Of a stretch of 64,000 nucleotides of DNA, positions 28,069-37,285 are shown piece by piece. Each line of letters starts with the position of its first letter. Position 1 is the first letter of the stretch. This stretch comes from a virus. The notes beneath the pieces are model-generated. The model did no database searches. It saw only the letters and a program-made list of their open reading frames with translations, and was not told the origin of the DNA. Location of the stretch: the IMG/VR virus record IMGVR_UViG_3300025645_000065; one strand, written 5' to 3'. Position numbers and translations under genes: made by a program.

Positions 28069-28748
28069 ATAATTTCAAATACATTTCCATTACTGCTTAA
28101 TTTACCGAACTTACCATCAGTAACCACAGAACCATTTGAGAATATTGTATCTAGCTCTGGTATTGTTCTAGTACCAGCATTGATAATATCATTGTAATTA
28201 TGGATATGGCCAAACATCACAAATCCAGGATTTACTTCTATAACTCTATTCAATAATGATTTATCCCCACAATGCTCCATACTACCAACTCTATCATAAG
28301 ATAGATCTAACATACCTTTTGGAGGTCCGTGAACAACAATAATATCAACATCTTCATCTATAACATTTCTCCACATTCGTTCTAGTTTATTTCTATCCTT
28401 ATTGAACGACCATCCATATCCAAAAGTTGGGGTGTAGGGTGAACCAAAGATCTTTAAACCCTCTATTTGGATAGTTTCATTTTCAAGATAGTGAATACCA
28501 TGATCTTTAAAATCTGATTTAGTGACAAACCTTTTCTCAATACTAGTATCATGATTACCGGCTACAAATATTTTATGCTGTATAGGTAAATTAGCAAACC
28601 AATCAATAAATGCTCTAACTTCAGGTTCATTACTATAAGGGTCTCTTGGATTGCTACAATCACCACTAAAAATAACCATAGCAACACCTTCAGGTATTTC
28701 TAGTAAGTCATGGAAGGTGTGTGTATCGCTTATATGCCAGATTTTCAT
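28065..28748 (-). CDS. Calcineurin-like metallophosphoesterase
   Basis: 227 aa carrying the MPP motifs GDCSNPRD, GNHD and GHIH. Confidence 0.55.
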   Translation of the reverse strand: MKIWHISDTHTFHDLLEIPEGVAMVIFSGDCSNPRDPYSNEPEVRAFIDWFANLPIQHKIFVAGNHDTSIEKRFVTKSDFKDHGIHYLENETIQIEGLKIFGSPYTPTFGYGWSFNKDRNKLERMWRNVIDEDVDIIVVHGPPKGMLDLSYDRVGSMEHCGDKSLLNRVIEVNPGFVMFGHIHNYNDIINAGTRTIPELDTIFSNGSVVTDGKFGKLSSNGNVFEII

Positions 28749-29167
28749 TTTTTTATTTTAAAGTTACCTAATTTATTAACTAACTCCTCCATTGTGTACT
28801 CGGGTATATCAAAGCCTCTTGTTTCACCATTTGAATCTTTGAATGTTAATTCATTACCTTGTGAATCCCTTGTGTATTCATAACTATATCCATCTGAATT
28901 TTTGTAGTTTAATATATTACCTTTTGAATCGTAAGTGTATTCATAACTATATCCATCTGAATTTTTGAAGGTTAGTACTTTACCATTTGAATCTCTTGTA
29001 TATTCACAACTAAATCCATCTGAATTTTTATAGGTTAGTACATTACCATTTAAATCGTATGTGTAGTCATAACTTACTCCAGATAAATGTTTAAAATACT
29101 CATAAACTTTTATACCCTCTTTAGTAAATAATTCTAATTTCTCTTCTGTTCCTTGTATGTTTTTCAT
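28745..29167 (-). CDS. YD/RHS-like repeat small protein
   Basis: 140 aa paralog. Confidence 0.4.
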   Translation of the reverse strand: MKNIQGTEEKLELFTKEGIKVYEYFKHLSGVSYDYTYDLNGNVLTYKNSDGFSCEYTRDSNGKVLTFKNSDGYSYEYTYDSKGNILNYKNSDGYSYEYTRDSQGNELTFKDSNGETRGFDIPEYTMEELVNKLGNFKIKK

Positions 29168-29168
29168 A

Positions 29169-29528
29169 TTATTTTTTTATTTTAAAATTACCTAATTTAT
29201 TAACTAATTCTTCCATAGTGTACTCAGGTATATCAAAGCCTCTGCTTACACCATCTGAATTTTTGAAGGTTAATTCATTGCCATTTAAATCGTATGTAGC
29301 TTCATAACTAAATCCATCTGAATTTTTATAGGTTAATACCTTACCATTTGAATCTCTTGTAAATTCATAACTATATCCATCTGAATTTTTATAGGTTAAT
29401 ACCTTACCATTTGAATCTCTTGCAAATTCATAACTATATCCATATGAATCTTTGTAATACTCATAAACTCTAATACCATTCTTATTGAATAGGTTTAATT
29501 TGTCTTCTGTTCCTAATATGTTTTTCAT
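29169..29528 (-). CDS. YD/RHS-like repeat small protein
   Basis: 119 aa paralog. Confidence 0.4.
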   Translation of the reverse strand: MKNILGTEDKLNLFNKNGIRVYEYYKDSYGYSYEFARDSNGKVLTYKNSDGYSYEFTRDSNGKVLTYKNSDGFSYEATYDLNGNELTFKNSDGVSRGFDIPEYTMEELVNKLGNFKIKK

Positions 29529-29794
29529 TTTTTAATTTTATTATTTCTTAGTATTCGAATTAAAGTAGTTAAATCAGCAATTTCCCCAAAAGTACAGGTT
29601 TCTGAATCGAATACAGATATTGTCCATCCATGTTTTTCAATTTCATCACTTGCGTTAGATATTAAACAAATATCCCCGATATCGAGTGTATAATAATACC
29701 AACCCTTAGCAGCACCTGAGTTCTTAGCTGTCTCACGTTGAATCTTAAATTTTAATTTAATAAGTTCTTGTTCTGTTATTCCTGTTGTGTTCAT
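29525..29794 (-). CDS. Hypothetical protein
   Basis: 89 aa ORF, preceded by motif-2. Confidence 0.3.
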   Translation of the reverse strand: MNTTGITEQELIKLKFKIQRETAKNSGAAKGWYYYTLDIGDICLISNASDEIEKHGWTISVFDSETCTFGEIADLTTLIRILRNNKIKK

Positions 29795-29805
29795 ATTTTA
29801 TTATA

Positions 29806-29840
29806 CCGTAAATATACGAAAAGGAATTGGATAAACCAAC
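29806..29840 (-). promoter_or_regulatory. Motif-2 copy upstream of 29525..29794
   Basis: ccgtaaatatacgaaaaggaattggataaaccaac. Confidence 0.35.
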
Positions 29841-29872
29841 TCCTTTTTCATATACCTTTTAATACTGTTTAA

Positions 29873-30838
29873 TTACTTAATACCTAACATTGTACTTGAT
29901 TTATCACCTAACATTGTTGTTGGTAATTTACCATTCCATTTATTAATCCATTCTAATTGTAATAGTAAAGGTGTTAATGTTACTTGTTTCATTCTATTTG
30001 CTTCTGCTTCTGCCTTTGCTGCTGTAAGCATTGCCTCGGCATTACCATTTGCTGTTGCTACTTTAATTTTAGCTCGTGCTTCAGCAGTTTTAACTTCATT
30101 TTCTGCTCTCAATGCTGCTTGTACTGCATTATTCTTAGCTTCAATAGATTTCTTAAATGTATTAGGGTAAATTAAATTTGATGTAAATTGATTAATAACA
30201 AATCCTTCCTTTAATAATTGGCCATCTAGTAATCTACGTACTTCTATTTCAAATACAGCTCTGTTAGAGATCAATTCATCAGCTGTGTATTTATTAGTTG
30301 CTAAACGAAATGCATCATATACTGCAGTCTTTAAGAAACCTTCTTCAATATCCTCTAATGGTCTACGGTATTTAGCGAATATTGCAGGAACCTTATCACG
30401 TTGAACTGAATAGTTCATGATTGGGGATACTGAGAATTCACTTCCGTCTTTTGAATTTACAATAAATGAATTATCTTCATCTTCAGTTTTCTTATATTCT
30501 TTATGTTGAATAAAAGTTGGAAACTCGTAGATTTTTGTTGTGAATGTATTATAAAACACCCACCCTGTACACTCTGCTACATCTCCAACACCCTTGTTAG
30601 ATCCGAACATGTTTACTTTTACTCCTACATGCCCTGCATCAATACGCTCACATGAATTGAATAATGTTACTAATAGGATAAGACCTATAACTCCTGCGCT
30701 AATTCCTTTAATCATTTGTTTAATTTTTAATTGTTGTTGGTTGTAAAATTTTATTTGTAATTCGTCTAATTCTTCTGTGGTCCTACGATCACCATTCTCA
30801 TTCCATTGGTTGTCAAACCTGTTAAATTTATTTATCAT
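29873..30838 (-). CDS. SPFH/band-7 (prohibitin/HflK-like) membrane protein
   Basis: 321 aa with an N-terminal transmembrane helix and an Ala/Glu-rich C-terminus (AAKAEAEANRMKQ) typical of SPFH proteins. Confidence 0.5.
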   Translation of the reverse strand: MINKFNRFDNQWNENGDRRTTEELDELQIKFYNQQQLKIKQMIKGISAGVIGLILLVTLFNSCERIDAGHVGVKVNMFGSNKGVGDVAECTGWVFYNTFTTKIYEFPTFIQHKEYKKTEDEDNSFIVNSKDGSEFSVSPIMNYSVQRDKVPAIFAKYRRPLEDIEEGFLKTAVYDAFRLATNKYTADELISNRAVFEIEVRRLLDGQLLKEGFVINQFTSNLIYPNTFKKSIEAKNNAVQAALRAENEVKTAEARAKIKVATANGNAEAMLTAAKAEAEANRMKQVTLTPLLLQLEWINKWNGKLPTTMLGDKSSTMLGIK

Positions 30839-31043
30839 CTTTTGTTATTTTTTTAAATATTATATACCCAATTGTACAAATGCAAAGGAGGTTTAAGAAT
30901 AGTCCCGTATAGAATGCTATATCGTTTGGATAATTCATTAAAAAATTTCCTAGTTCGATTAAATTTAATACTGCTACCGCTCCTATAAACCATAGGAAGT
31001 AGTTAAGGAAAAGTTCGTAAAATTCTTTTAGTTTTTCTTTCAT
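30828..31043 (-). CDS. Small membrane protein
   Basis: 71 aa with two hydrophobic helices. Confidence 0.3.
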   Translation of the reverse strand: MKEKLKEFYELFLNYFLWFIGAVAVLNLIELGNFLMNYPNDIAFYTGLFLNLLCICTIGYIIFKKITKDDK

Positions 31044-31050
31044 TTTTTAT

Positions 31051-31068
31051 TATACCTAAAGATACGAA
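31051..31068 (-). promoter_or_regulatory. Motif-1 copy fused to a GC hairpin plus T-tract (terminator)
   Basis: tatacctaaagatacgaa followed by aaaaaagcctgcagaagcaagcttttt. Confidence 0.4.
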
Positions 31069-31098
31069 AAAAAGCCTGCAGAAGCAAGCTTTTTCTTT

Positions 31099-31281
31099 TT
31101 AGTCTTTCCAGGTAAGGAGCATCTTATCCGGGCCGTGGTCTAGCATATCGAAAGGATCATCCCATATCATTTTAACGGCCGGTGGAGTTAATTCTCCATT
31201 CGGGGCTACTATCACTAAGGGGAGCTCTCTTTTCTCTTCGCTGATGCGGTTCAGTTGGGCGATGAAATCGTTTATTGTCAT
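31099..31281 (-). CDS. Hypothetical small protein
   Basis: 60 aa ORF. Confidence 0.2.
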   Translation of the reverse strand: MTINDFIAQLNRISEEKRELPLVIVAPNGELTPPAVKMIWDDPFDMLDHGPDKMLLTWKD

Positions 31282-31505
31282 TATCGTACGTAGTTGTTAT
31301 GTAGTTCTATAGTATCACTCCAATCTATTTTTGAGGAGGTGTCGAAGAAGTTTACTGTATCTCCTATCTCGTACCTCCTTGATGTAAAGATAGTAATGCT
31401 ATAACTCTTCGAATCCTGAATATAGCCAGCCTCATAAGAGTAGCTGGTATTACCTTTGCTGCCCATCACTACCTCGCAGCATATTATTATTAATAGCTTT
31501 AACAT
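31281..31505 (-). CDS. Hypothetical small protein
   Basis: 74 aa ORF. Confidence 0.2.
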   Translation of the reverse strand: MLKLLIIICCEVVMGSKGNTSYSYEAGYIQDSKSYSITIFTSRRYEIGDTVNFFDTSSKIDWSDTIELHNNYVR

Positions 31506-31511
31506 TCCTTC

Positions 31512-31802
31512 TTAAATTTGTGCTATTAACATTATGGAGTTAATCTGCTCTCTGCTCTGCCATCCTATAACATCATCATTACAGCCAGGAATAACCAGCC
31601 CTGTTATCCACTCACGATCCTCATCTAATAATGCTACTTCAAATGAGCTGTACTCCTCAGGTGATGCTAAATCCTCTCTCGGTGTTGAATAAGATCCTCT
31701 ACTAGCTATAACTGACACTATGATCCCGTTGTCAAGTGTTAAGGAAGCTCCTACTCCTCCAAACTCCCTTGGCTTAAATTCTAAATCTTTAAATACTTTC
31801 AT
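31512..31802 (-). CDS. Hypothetical protein
   Basis: 96 aa ORF. Confidence 0.3.
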   Translation of the reverse strand: MKVFKDLEFKPREFGGVGASLTLDNGIIVSVIASRGSYSTPREDLASPEEYSSFEVALLDEDREWITGLVIPGCNDDVIGWQSREQINSIMLIAQI

Positions 31803-32548
31803 TATTTTACTTCTTGGTTGTTAAACATTCTTAATAACTCTAAAGAGCTCATTTGTGAAGCTACTGCATCAAACTTCTTATGAACATACTCTTGGTCTAT
31901 TTCATACCCTACTCTAAATGAAACCCAAGAACCAATTTTGAATCCAACTAGTACTATTGGAAAAGAAGTATAGTTGCTTCTATTTCTATCATAATCAGTT
32001 CCAACACTAACCTCCGCATTTGGAAATAATGTTCTGTACTTATCAACTGTATAATCTAAGATCCCTTTCTGCTTATTAGCAGCAATAAAGTCATACTCTG
32101 CTCTACTATTAAAGGTCTTTAATTTAGCGTAAAGCGTAGCTGGGTTATACGATCTATACTGGTCAGTTATACTTGAACATTCTAATCTATTGATATCTCT
32201 TGAAACTGGTGAGTGTCTCTCCACTATCTTATTACTGGAGTCATCGTATACTTGAGAAATAAGCTTACATCCTCCGCTGTTCTGAGTATAGGTTATCTCA
32301 ACTGTAACTTCATCATCTCCGTATCCGAAAGTCCTCTCTCCAGTAATTGTCTCTACCTTGAAATTATTTACATAATCGATTCCTCTTTGAAACCCTCCCT
32401 GTATAAGCAACTCCTCTATCCTAGCTTGTGATTCACTATTTGAAAGAGCGGTTGCTTTGCTATTCTTTACAAAGCGATCAACTCTATCTTGTTGCTCTAC
32501 AGTTAACATTCCAAAATCTAATTCTAATTGTTTTACTTGGTTCATCAT
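31802..32548 (-). CDS. Hypothetical protein
   Basis: 248 aa ORF. Confidence 0.3.
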   Translation of the reverse strand: MMNQVKQLELDFGMLTVEQQDRVDRFVKNSKATALSNSESQARIEELLIQGGFQRGIDYVNNFKVETITGERTFGYGDDEVTVEITYTQNSGGCKLISQVYDDSSNKIVERHSPVSRDINRLECSSITDQYRSYNPATLYAKLKTFNSRAEYDFIAANKQKGILDYTVDKYRTLFPNAEVSVGTDYDRNRSNYTSFPIVLVGFKIGSWVSFRVGYEIDQEYVHKKFDAVASQMSSLELLRMFNNQEVK

Positions 32549-32569
32549 AACTTTTATTTCTTATTATCT

Positions 32570-32587
32570 TATACCTAAAGATACGAA
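32570..32587 (-). promoter_or_regulatory. Motif-1 copy
   Basis: tatacctaaagatacgaa. Confidence 0.4.
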
Positions 32588-32786
32588 CTATCTCCGTACC
32601 AGGCAAGCCTTTTTTTATTTTTTTCTTCCTACGTACCCCGCTACTATAAGGACCCATACCAGAGGCCAGGCACCGATCATCTTAAAACGATCTCCGTTGC
32701 TAAAAGCATCTCCTTTTCCGAAGATACGATCTAATGCGTCCATGATGAAGGAAAAGACTGTTCCTATTACGAAATATATTAATACG

Positions 32787-33350
32787 TTACTCATTATCTG
32801 ATAGGTGTTTTATTATTGGATCTGTTAAGAAGTCTACCCACATCTCTACTGAGGTTGTATGTAGCACTTCATAGACTTTATCAAGTGGTAAATTCATTAT
32901 CTCTACTAGTTTCTCTTTCAAGATAGGTCCTTCATCTACTCCCTCTGTTACTCTATGGATAACACAGCCAGACACACTTAGACCCAAGCGATAAGCCTTC
33001 TCTTGAGGGTCCTTTCCTTTAAGTATTCCATCCTGTAGAGATAATGCCCCTGGATGTCCATTAAACATATTAGGGTGCTTCTGTAGAACCTCTGCTGGTA
33101 TTATTCTAAGCCATCCATGTAATGTAATTAAGGCTGACTCTTCTCCGAATGCTTCTAAGTAGTCCTCTACTGAAGGAGTTCCTTTTAGGTATGTAATTTC
33201 TCTTGTCGCCAATGCTGGATGTAGAGTACCTATACTCTCAGGCTTCCTGTTAGTTATAAGCCTATCAGGCCACTTACCTAACCTTTCTGCTATCTGTGCT
33301 ATTTCGGATCCTGTCTGCGAAAAACAACATATCCATTTTATATCTTTCAT
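32787..33350 (-). CDS. Formyltransferase-domain protein (PurN/Fmt N-terminal-domain-like)
   Basis: 187 aa. The segment LHGWLRIIPAEVL...NGHPGAL matches formyl-transferase core motifs. Confidence 0.45.
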   Translation of the reverse strand: MKDIKWICCFSQTGSEIAQIAERLGKWPDRLITNRKPESIGTLHPALATREITYLKGTPSVEDYLEAFGEESALITLHGWLRIIPAEVLQKHPNMFNGHPGALSLQDGILKGKDPQEKAYRLGLSVSGCVIHRVTEGVDEGPILKEKLVEIMNLPLDKVYEVLHTTSVEMWVDFLTDPIIKHLSDNE

Positions 33351-33641
33351 ACTGATTTTTAATTGTAGTAATATAAGTAATTGTTAGGAGCCTATCAACT
33401 CCTTTGAAAATAAGAGAAAGGGTAGAAGATTATCTACCCTGTCCTCTGTATGCTTTAGAGTAATGCTTTCCAGTTTTATGTACCGAGTTTTTACTCTTTG
33501 CGTGTACCCCTGGTCGTTTTCTCTTCCCTGCTGATTGGAAAGTAGAAACTGTTTGTTGCTTTGCCATTGGTAATACATATCTCGGTAGAAGAGTAAACAC
33601 TTAAAGGCCTCACATTTCTGTAAGGCCCTTCAGCGTATTCT

Positions 33642-34505
33642 TTATGCGTAAGCGTTTGCTAGTGCAAAGAGTTCTTTGTTCACCTGCAGGTCTCTTGAAA
33701 AGGATTGAACTCTTCGAGCTGTCTTATTACGACCAGTCTCTGTCTTATAGTCAAACCCTCCTTGGATCATATTCTCCTGAAGGATGTTATACACAGCCCA
33801 TAGACTATTACCAGCGTCTGCTTGTCTTGTTGGCTGTAGTACTTTAGAAGGCTCTACTACCGCTCCTTCTTTTCCGAATCTAATCCCTAGAGCTCCTAAA
33901 GCGAATTCGATCTTCTGCTCTTCCGTTAACTCTACCTGTCTAAATCTGTTCAGTACTTCTACTGTTGCAGGTAGCTCATTAACCATTCTAGTAAGAGTCT
34001 CTGAAAGCTCTTCGAAAGAGTATCCTCTATGTCTAATAGTAAGTGATCCGAAATTCTCAGTAGATACTACTAGACCGTTACTACAGGCCATTCTAAAGAG
34101 CCCGGCATTAAATTTAAAAGCTCCCATTCCGTTGTGAGAGTTAGTGATAAGGATCTGAGGATAAACAGTCTCTCCATCTTCAGTTCTCATTACGATCTCT
34201 TCGTTTCTGAAGACTACCATATGCTTTGCGAACTTGTTTCTTTCTTGATCTTTCCCAAACTGTTGATCTACGGCAGTTACATTCCATCCTAACTTCTCCA
34301 TATCCGAGATAAGAACCGTTGTAGGTACGTGAACATAACGTTCAGATACTCTAGGGTGACTGTTCTGCTCTACTACTGCAGGAGCTTGAGTTGCGATTTG
34401 AGCTAATGTAAGCGGGGTGTTGTTTTGTAAATTTAGCATAACTTTTATTTTTATATTTCTTATTATCTTATACCTAAAGATACGGACTAATTCCGTACCA
34501 GGCAA
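33642..34505 (-). CDS. Hypothetical protein (DUF932-like, tentative)
   Basis: 287 aa with the ILITNSHNGMGAF segment. Confidence 0.3.
   Translation of the reverse strand: MPGTELVRIFRYKIIRNIKIKVMLNLQNNTPLTLAQIATQAPAVVEQNSHPRVSERYVHVPTTVLISDMEKLGWNVTAVDQQFGKDQERNKFAKHMVVFRNEEIVMRTEDGETVYPQILITNSHNGMGAFKFNAGLFRMACSNGLVVSTENFGSLTIRHRGYSFEELSETLTRMVNELPATVEVLNRFRQVELTEEQKIEFALGALGIRFGKEGAVVEPSKVLQPTRQADAGNSLWAVYNILQENMIQGGFDYKTETGRNKTARRVQSFSRDLQVNKELFALANAYA
34469..34486 (-). promoter_or_regulatory. Motif-1 copy, between tRNA-Gln and the upstream CDS
   Basis: tatacctaaagatacgga with a TACGGAattagTCCGTA hairpin. Confidence 0.4.
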
Positions 34506-34522
34506 GCTTTTTTTTCAATTTG

Positions 34523-34595
34523 TAGTCAGGACAGGTCTCGAACCTATACTCTTCTGTACCAAAAACAGACGTGTTGCCAATTACACCACCTGACT
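34523..34595 (-). tRNA. tRNA-Gln(UUG), canonical 73-nt cloverleaf
   Basis: Hand fold: acceptor AGTCAGG/CCTGACT, D stem GTGT/ACAC, anticodon stem TCTGT/ACAGA, loop TTTTGGT, T loop TTCGAGA, A73. Confidence 0.6.
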
Positions 34596-34707
34596 AAATT
34601 ATTAATATAAAAGTAATAAGCTAAGGATTTTCACCTCCGAAGTCTCTTTATTAGATTGTTCCTTATCTAGCGAGTGCAATCGCGTATTACGACACTTATT
34701 ACTTCTG

Positions 34708-34819
34708 TAGTCAGGACAGGATTCGAACCTGTATTTGTATATGTTTGTGACCTCGACTGCCGTTGTATCCTCAAACTAAATCACCTGCCGATGTGCGTCT
34801 ACCATTCCGCCACCTGACT
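34708..34819 (-). ncRNA. tRNA-scaffold element B, 112 nt
   Basis: 5' AGTCAGGTGGCGGAATGGTAGACGC plus a 62-nt divergent core plus ACAGGTTCGAATCCTGTCCTGACTA 3'. Confidence 0.35.
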
Positions 34820-34925
34820 ATATTAAATGGGTAACCTCAACCAGTTTATGGTTATGCGTTATGACAATCATCTCGTGAATGTCATAGATAGACCCCATAT
34901 GCTATCTATTAGTTATTACCATTTG

Positions 34926-35010
34926 TAGTCAGGACAGGATTCGAACCTGTATTGTTGTTACATCACTCACATTCATTAGTGAGTAGCGTCTACCATTCCG
35001 CCACCTGGCT
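34926..35010 (-). tRNA. tRNA-like (type-II length, 85 nt) on the shared scaffold. The anticodon loop is non-canonical and may be 8 nt.
   Basis: Same acceptor/D/T arms. Candidate anticodon stem CTCAC/GTGAG with loop TAATGAAT. Confidence 0.35.
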
Positions 35011-35071
35011 ATATTCTAATTCTATGCTCTCCGCCCTAACACGGCTATGAATTAGTAACAGTCCCTTTTTG

Positions 35072-35212
35072 TAGTCAGGACAGGATTCGAACCTGTATAG
35101 ATTTAAAGATATAATCTCCCATCACTCGTGTTTGTAATGTGTCCTCCAGTTTCCCCTATTCAACACTCTTTTAGGTACTGACCAGCGCGTATACCAATTC
35201 CGCCACCTGACT
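35072..35212 (-). ncRNA. tRNA-scaffold element D, 141 nt
   Basis: Shared 5' and 3' tRNA arms with a ~90-nt core. Confidence 0.3.
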
Positions 35213-35293
35213 AAATGGTGGAGCGTCACTTATTTCTAAGTTATCCACCTCAGTTACATTATCTCACGATAAGAGGCTTTACTGAGCCCAAGG

Positions 35294-35400
35294 TAGTCAG
35301 GACAGGATTCGAACCTGTATGTTTAATAATTCTACACACCTGACGCTACACCAGGCATATTATTAAACTCACTTGCGTCTACCAATTTCGCCACCTGACT
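35294..35400 (-). ncRNA. tRNA-scaffold element E, 107 nt
   Basis: Shared arms. The D loop is AAATTGGTAGA. Confidence 0.3.
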
Positions 35401-35449
35401 ATTTTAATTTTATTACCAACATGTCAATGAACTCTTATTCTTTCTATCT

Positions 35450-35467
35450 TATACCTAAAGATAAGAA
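35450..35467 (-). promoter_or_regulatory. Motif-1 copy inside the tRNA array
   Basis: tatacctaaagataagaa. Confidence 0.35.
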
Positions 35468-35503
35468 CTAATTCTATCTTAAGCAAGCTTTTTTTTCAAT
35501 TTG

Positions 35504-35579
35504 TAGTCAGGACAGGATTCGAACCTGTACTCGGTGATACATTTGCAACTGCTCATTCCGATGCCAACTTTTCCTGACT
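35504..35579 (-). tRNA. tRNA-like, 76 nt. Shared acceptor and T arm but a divergent 5' half. Possible GCA (Cys) anticodon, poorly folded.
   Basis: 5' AGTCAGGAAAAGTTGGCATCGGAATGAGCAGTTGCAAATG...ACAGGTTCGAATCCTGTCCTGACTA 3'. Confidence 0.3.
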
Positions 35580-35660
35580 CCGATGTCTTTCCATCAGTAT
35601 AGATTTAGTATTGACTTACCAATGAACTGGCATTGGTACTTGCCCCAAACCAAGGCTAGG

Positions 35661-35760
35661 TAGTCAGGACAGGATTCGAACCTGTAACTTTTTCCGACCT
35701 AATTTACAACCTTATCTATCGACTCAGTGTCGTTGCGTCTACCAATTTCGCCACCTGACT
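35661..35760 (-). ncRNA. tRNA-scaffold element G, 100 nt
   Basis: Shared arms with a divergent core. Confidence 0.3.
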
Positions 35761-35953
35761 ATTTTATTAAAATGGCAAAGATTATAATACCACTTCTTCA
35801 ATATAAGGGATTTGTCTGTACCCCTTTGTTTTATATCTAGAAAGCAACCTATTAAAGTGTTTTTTATCTTTACAGATTATAGTGATAGTTCCTCCGCTTT
35901 TTTCCATTTTCAATATAAGGTTCATACTTTTTTTATTTTATTTCTTATTATCT

Positions 35954-35970
35954 TATACCTAAAGATACGG
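35954..35970 (-). promoter_or_regulatory. Motif-1 copy inside the tRNA array
   Basis: tatacctaaagatacgg. Confidence 0.35.
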
Positions 35971-36007
35971 ACTAATTCCGTACCAGGCAAGCTTTTTTTT
36001 CAATTTG

Positions 36008-36117
36008 TAGTCAGGACAGGATTCGAACCTGTATGTTTACTCGTTTAGGCAATCAGACGAATCACTCTGAACCACTTAACTTTCAACGGTCTGCGTCTAC
36101 CATTCCGCCACCTGACT
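36008..36117 (-). ncRNA. tRNA-scaffold element H, 110 nt
   Basis: Shared arms with a divergent core. Motif-2 lies upstream. Confidence 0.3.
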
Positions 36118-36164
36118 ATTTTAATTTTATTACCAACATGTCAATGAACCTAACCCTTTTACGT

Positions 36165-36198
36165 CGTAAATATACGACCGCTCCCTCGGGGAACCAAC
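36165..36198 (-). promoter_or_regulatory. Motif-2 copy inside the tRNA array, upstream of scaffold element H
   Basis: cgtaaatatacgaccgctccctcggggaaccaac. Confidence 0.35.
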
Positions 36199-36210
36199 AT
36201 TGTGTTTTTG

Positions 36211-36270
36211 TGGAGTGAAGGGATTTGAACCCTTTGTCTGTACCTGTACGACTTTAACCAAACCACTCCT
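36211..36270 (-). ncRNA. Truncated or degenerate tRNA-like element. T arm GGGTTCAAATCCC and acceptor GGAGTG/CACTCC, but no D arm.
   Basis: Hand inspection only. Confidence 0.2.
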
Positions 36271-36326
36271 GGACCTGCAGACCCGTTATAACTTATGCAT
36301 CAACCTCAATGCTTCAACCCTTTGGC

Positions 36327-36417
36327 TATTACGGGTGTGGACTCGAACCACATTTTTCAGTTACCTATGCTTTTTCAAACTTGGTTTTAGTTGCTTTCCT
36401 TGCGCAAGTTCCATAAC
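36327..36417 (-). ncRNA. Degenerate tRNA-like element, 91 nt. T arm TGTGG-TTCGAGT-CCACA and D arm TTGC/GCAA are present, but no clean anticodon stem.
   Basis: Hand inspection only. Confidence 0.2.
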
Positions 36418-36683
36418 TAATTTCCAGTATCGCCACGTGGAGGCGTTTGATGGATACCGCTGAGCTTCGTTATTCTTCTTTCGAATATTCTTTCATACTT
36501 TACTTTAGCCTTATCTCGAGTTGACTATTTCTAGCTTCTTATACAATTTATTTCTTTTCGTTATCCCCTACTGCCCGCTTGGATACGTTTACGAAAGCTT
36601 CCCGGTTTGTTCAATTCTGTTACGAACCCCAAACGAATATATGGGTTAAGAACCAATGCTTGTATCCGGTAATCAATACGGTG

Positions 36684-36757
36684 ATGTTGTGATAGGAATC
36701 GAACCTACTTACGGCAACTCCTGTTACGGACCCGCTCTGCCAATGAGCTACACAACA
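36684..36757 (-). tRNA. tRNA-like, 74 nt. Acceptor TGTTGTG/CACAACA, D stem GCTC/GAGC, T loop TTCGATT, and a weak anticodon stem.
   Basis: Hand fold. The isotype could not be resolved. Confidence 0.35.
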
Positions 36758-36802
36758 AACTTGCAACTTTGTCTTTCTATGTTTCGGGGTTGCCACCTTC
36801 TG

Positions 36803-36911
36803 TAGTCAGGACAGGATTCGAACCTGTAATGTAATATGGAGCTTAATTCAGCATACTTACCTTTCGTCTTACAACTATTCAATAATGCGTCTACCATTCC
36901 GCCACCTGACT
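36803..36911 (-). ncRNA. tRNA-scaffold element I, 109 nt
   Basis: Shared arms with a divergent core. Confidence 0.3.
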
Positions 36912-37038
36912 ATTTGCTGACTAATAAGGATTCGAACCTTAAACCTGAGCTCCAATTACGGCCTCCGTGCACCTTTACACCATAATCAATCGATGACTTG
37001 CAAATCATCAGTCTTAAGGTAATTAATCTTAAGATTTG

Positions 37039-37110
37039 TAGCGGGGGCAGGATTCGAACCTGCGACCTTCGGGTTATGAGCCCGCTGAGCTACCACTGCT
37101 CTACCCCGCA
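37039..37110 (-). tRNA. Initiator tRNA-fMet(CAU)
   Basis: Anticodon stem-loop GGGCTCATAACCC with three G-C pairs, a 1:72 mismatch (T/T), D stem GAGC/GCTC and T loop TTCGAAT. Close to bacterial initiator tRNA. Confidence 0.7.
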
Positions 37111-37116
37111 ATATAG

Positions 37117-37190
37117 AACTACCCATAGGACTCGAACCTATAACCCTTCGGCGATTGCCGATGTGCAAACCAATTTACACCATAAGTAGC
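37117..37190 (-). tRNA. tRNA-like, 74 nt. Acceptor GCTACTT/GGGTAGT with G-U pairs, T loop TTCGAGT, degenerate D and anticodon arms.
   Basis: Hand fold. In place of a 7-nt anticodon loop there is a 4-nt loop on stem TCGGC/GCCGA. Confidence 0.25.
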
Positions 37191-37285
37191 TATTCAAGAA
37201 GACAGCCAGAAATTAGTGACGTCAAATCTCTTTAAGCTATGTGAACTATCTTCTTGTTGGGATCAGTTAATTACTCCGATCTTTG

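Noticed and set aside
24777-29528. Diversity-generating retroelement acting on the YD-repeat family
   Set aside because: There is no reverse-transcriptase ORF and no template/variable repeat pair with adenine-specific substitutions in the window.
34708-36911. Variable cores read as group I or archaeal-type introns inside tRNA genes
   Set aside because: Cores are 40-90 nt, too short for group I introns. No bulge-helix-bulge motif was evident and there was no convincing exon anticodon stem on either side. Only covariance-model folding could settle this.
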